Below are positions 54,039 to 54,425 of a stretch of DNA of 54,425 nucleotides, one piece after another. This DNA comes from Flavobacteriales bacterium. Its GTDB lineage: Bacteria; Bacteroidota; Bacteroidia; Flavobacteriales_D; UBA2798. Within the stretch, counting starts at the first letter, position 1. The number at the start of each line of letters is the position of its first letter. The notes beneath the pieces were generated by a model. That model worked only from the letters and a program-made list of their open reading frames with translations. It was not told the DNA's origin and did not search any database. The translations under genes and the position numbers were made by a program. The stretch is taken from the NCBI GenBank assembly GCA_044360245.1, contig JBIKKU010000001.1:1-54425 (forward strand). Direction: 5' to 3'.

Positions 54039-54425
54039 TTAGTTCTTTTTATATTTTTCTACTTCCGAGCAAACACCGTAGATGTTGTAATAGGTCTCCG
54101 CCGACTCCACTCCCATAGCTGCTGCATTTTCCCAATCGCTGCATGCGCCTGCGAGATCTCTCGTCATTTCTTTTGCAATTCCGCGGTTGAGGTAGGCTAA
54201 TCCGTAATTGGCATCAATCTGAATGGCTTTATCACAATCGGCAATCGCTTCTTTGTATTTCTGCTGTTTGATATAACATGCTGCGCGATTGTTGTAAGCA
54301 TAGGCATATTTCGGATCAAGTTTAATGGCCTCGGTAAAATCGGCAATGGCTTCATCGTATTTTCCTGCATCCATCTTAGCCATACCGCGATTATTGTAAG
54401 CAATCACATAATCTTTTTTCAGGCG
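54039..54425 (-). CDS. TPR-repeat protein, partial (N-terminus beyond the right window edge)
   Basis: The frame stays open from 54407 to the window end (RLKKDY upstream of the track start). Repeated A.YNNRG......Y.EAI.D...AI..DP TPR units. Its stop is 12 nt before the PorE-like start. Confidence 0.8.
   Translation of the reverse strand, partial: RLKKDYVIAYNNRGMAKMDAGKYDEAIADFTEAIKLDPKYAYAYNNRAACYIKQQKYKEAIADCDKAIQIDANYGLAYLNRGIAKEMTRDLAGACSDWENAAAMGVESAETYYNIYGVCSEVEKYKKN

Overview
This is a gene-dense chromosomal segment with about 45 protein genes, one tRNA and no rRNA. I assign it to Bacteroidota (Flavobacteriia/Cytophagia-like). The grounds are five proteins with type IX secretion (T9SS) C-terminal sorting domains, a GWxTD protein, a PorE-like TPR/beta-propeller/OmpA protein, and repeated perfect TAnnTTTG -7 promoter boxes.

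Most genes are housekeeping: proS, rpsT, tRNA-Glu, gatB, gap, lipA, ung, rlmB, dihydroorotase and purine nucleoside phosphorylase. Others are envelope biogenesis: lpxK, lpxH, wecB, an Omp85-family barrel, an L,D-transpeptidase and a GT2 polyprenol-phosphate mannose synthase. Interleaved with these are secreted or surface proteins:
- a 2104-aa protein with about 23 PKD modules and a type B T9SS CTD
- a BNR/Asp-box propeller protein
- an LVIVD-repeat protein
- two secreted peptidases (M1 and CocE/NonD)

I see no transposase, integrase, phage, CRISPR, toxin-antitoxin or recognisable defence genes. The window therefore looks like core genome rather than an island, and I found no clear novel system.

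The most unusual element is a two-gene unit at 8762..11682. The first gene encodes a lipoprotein built almost entirely of Tyr/Gly/Asn repeats followed by a Ser/Gly/Asn tail. It contains a duplicated 22-aa unit with a CYSC motif whose two DNA copies differ only at synonymous sites. A FadL/TodX-like outer-membrane barrel gene follows 8 nt later.

Other points:
- lpxH has no ATG/GTG/TTG upstream of its catalytic DxH motif. A CTG start overlapping the upstream stop as CTGA is the likely explanation.
- Several promoter boxes abut start codons, giving candidate leaderless mRNAs.
- One PKD module carries an in-frame truncation.
- Several conserved hypotheticals sit in tight operons with housekeeping genes.

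All functional calls rest on motif recognition by eye; no database search was possible.
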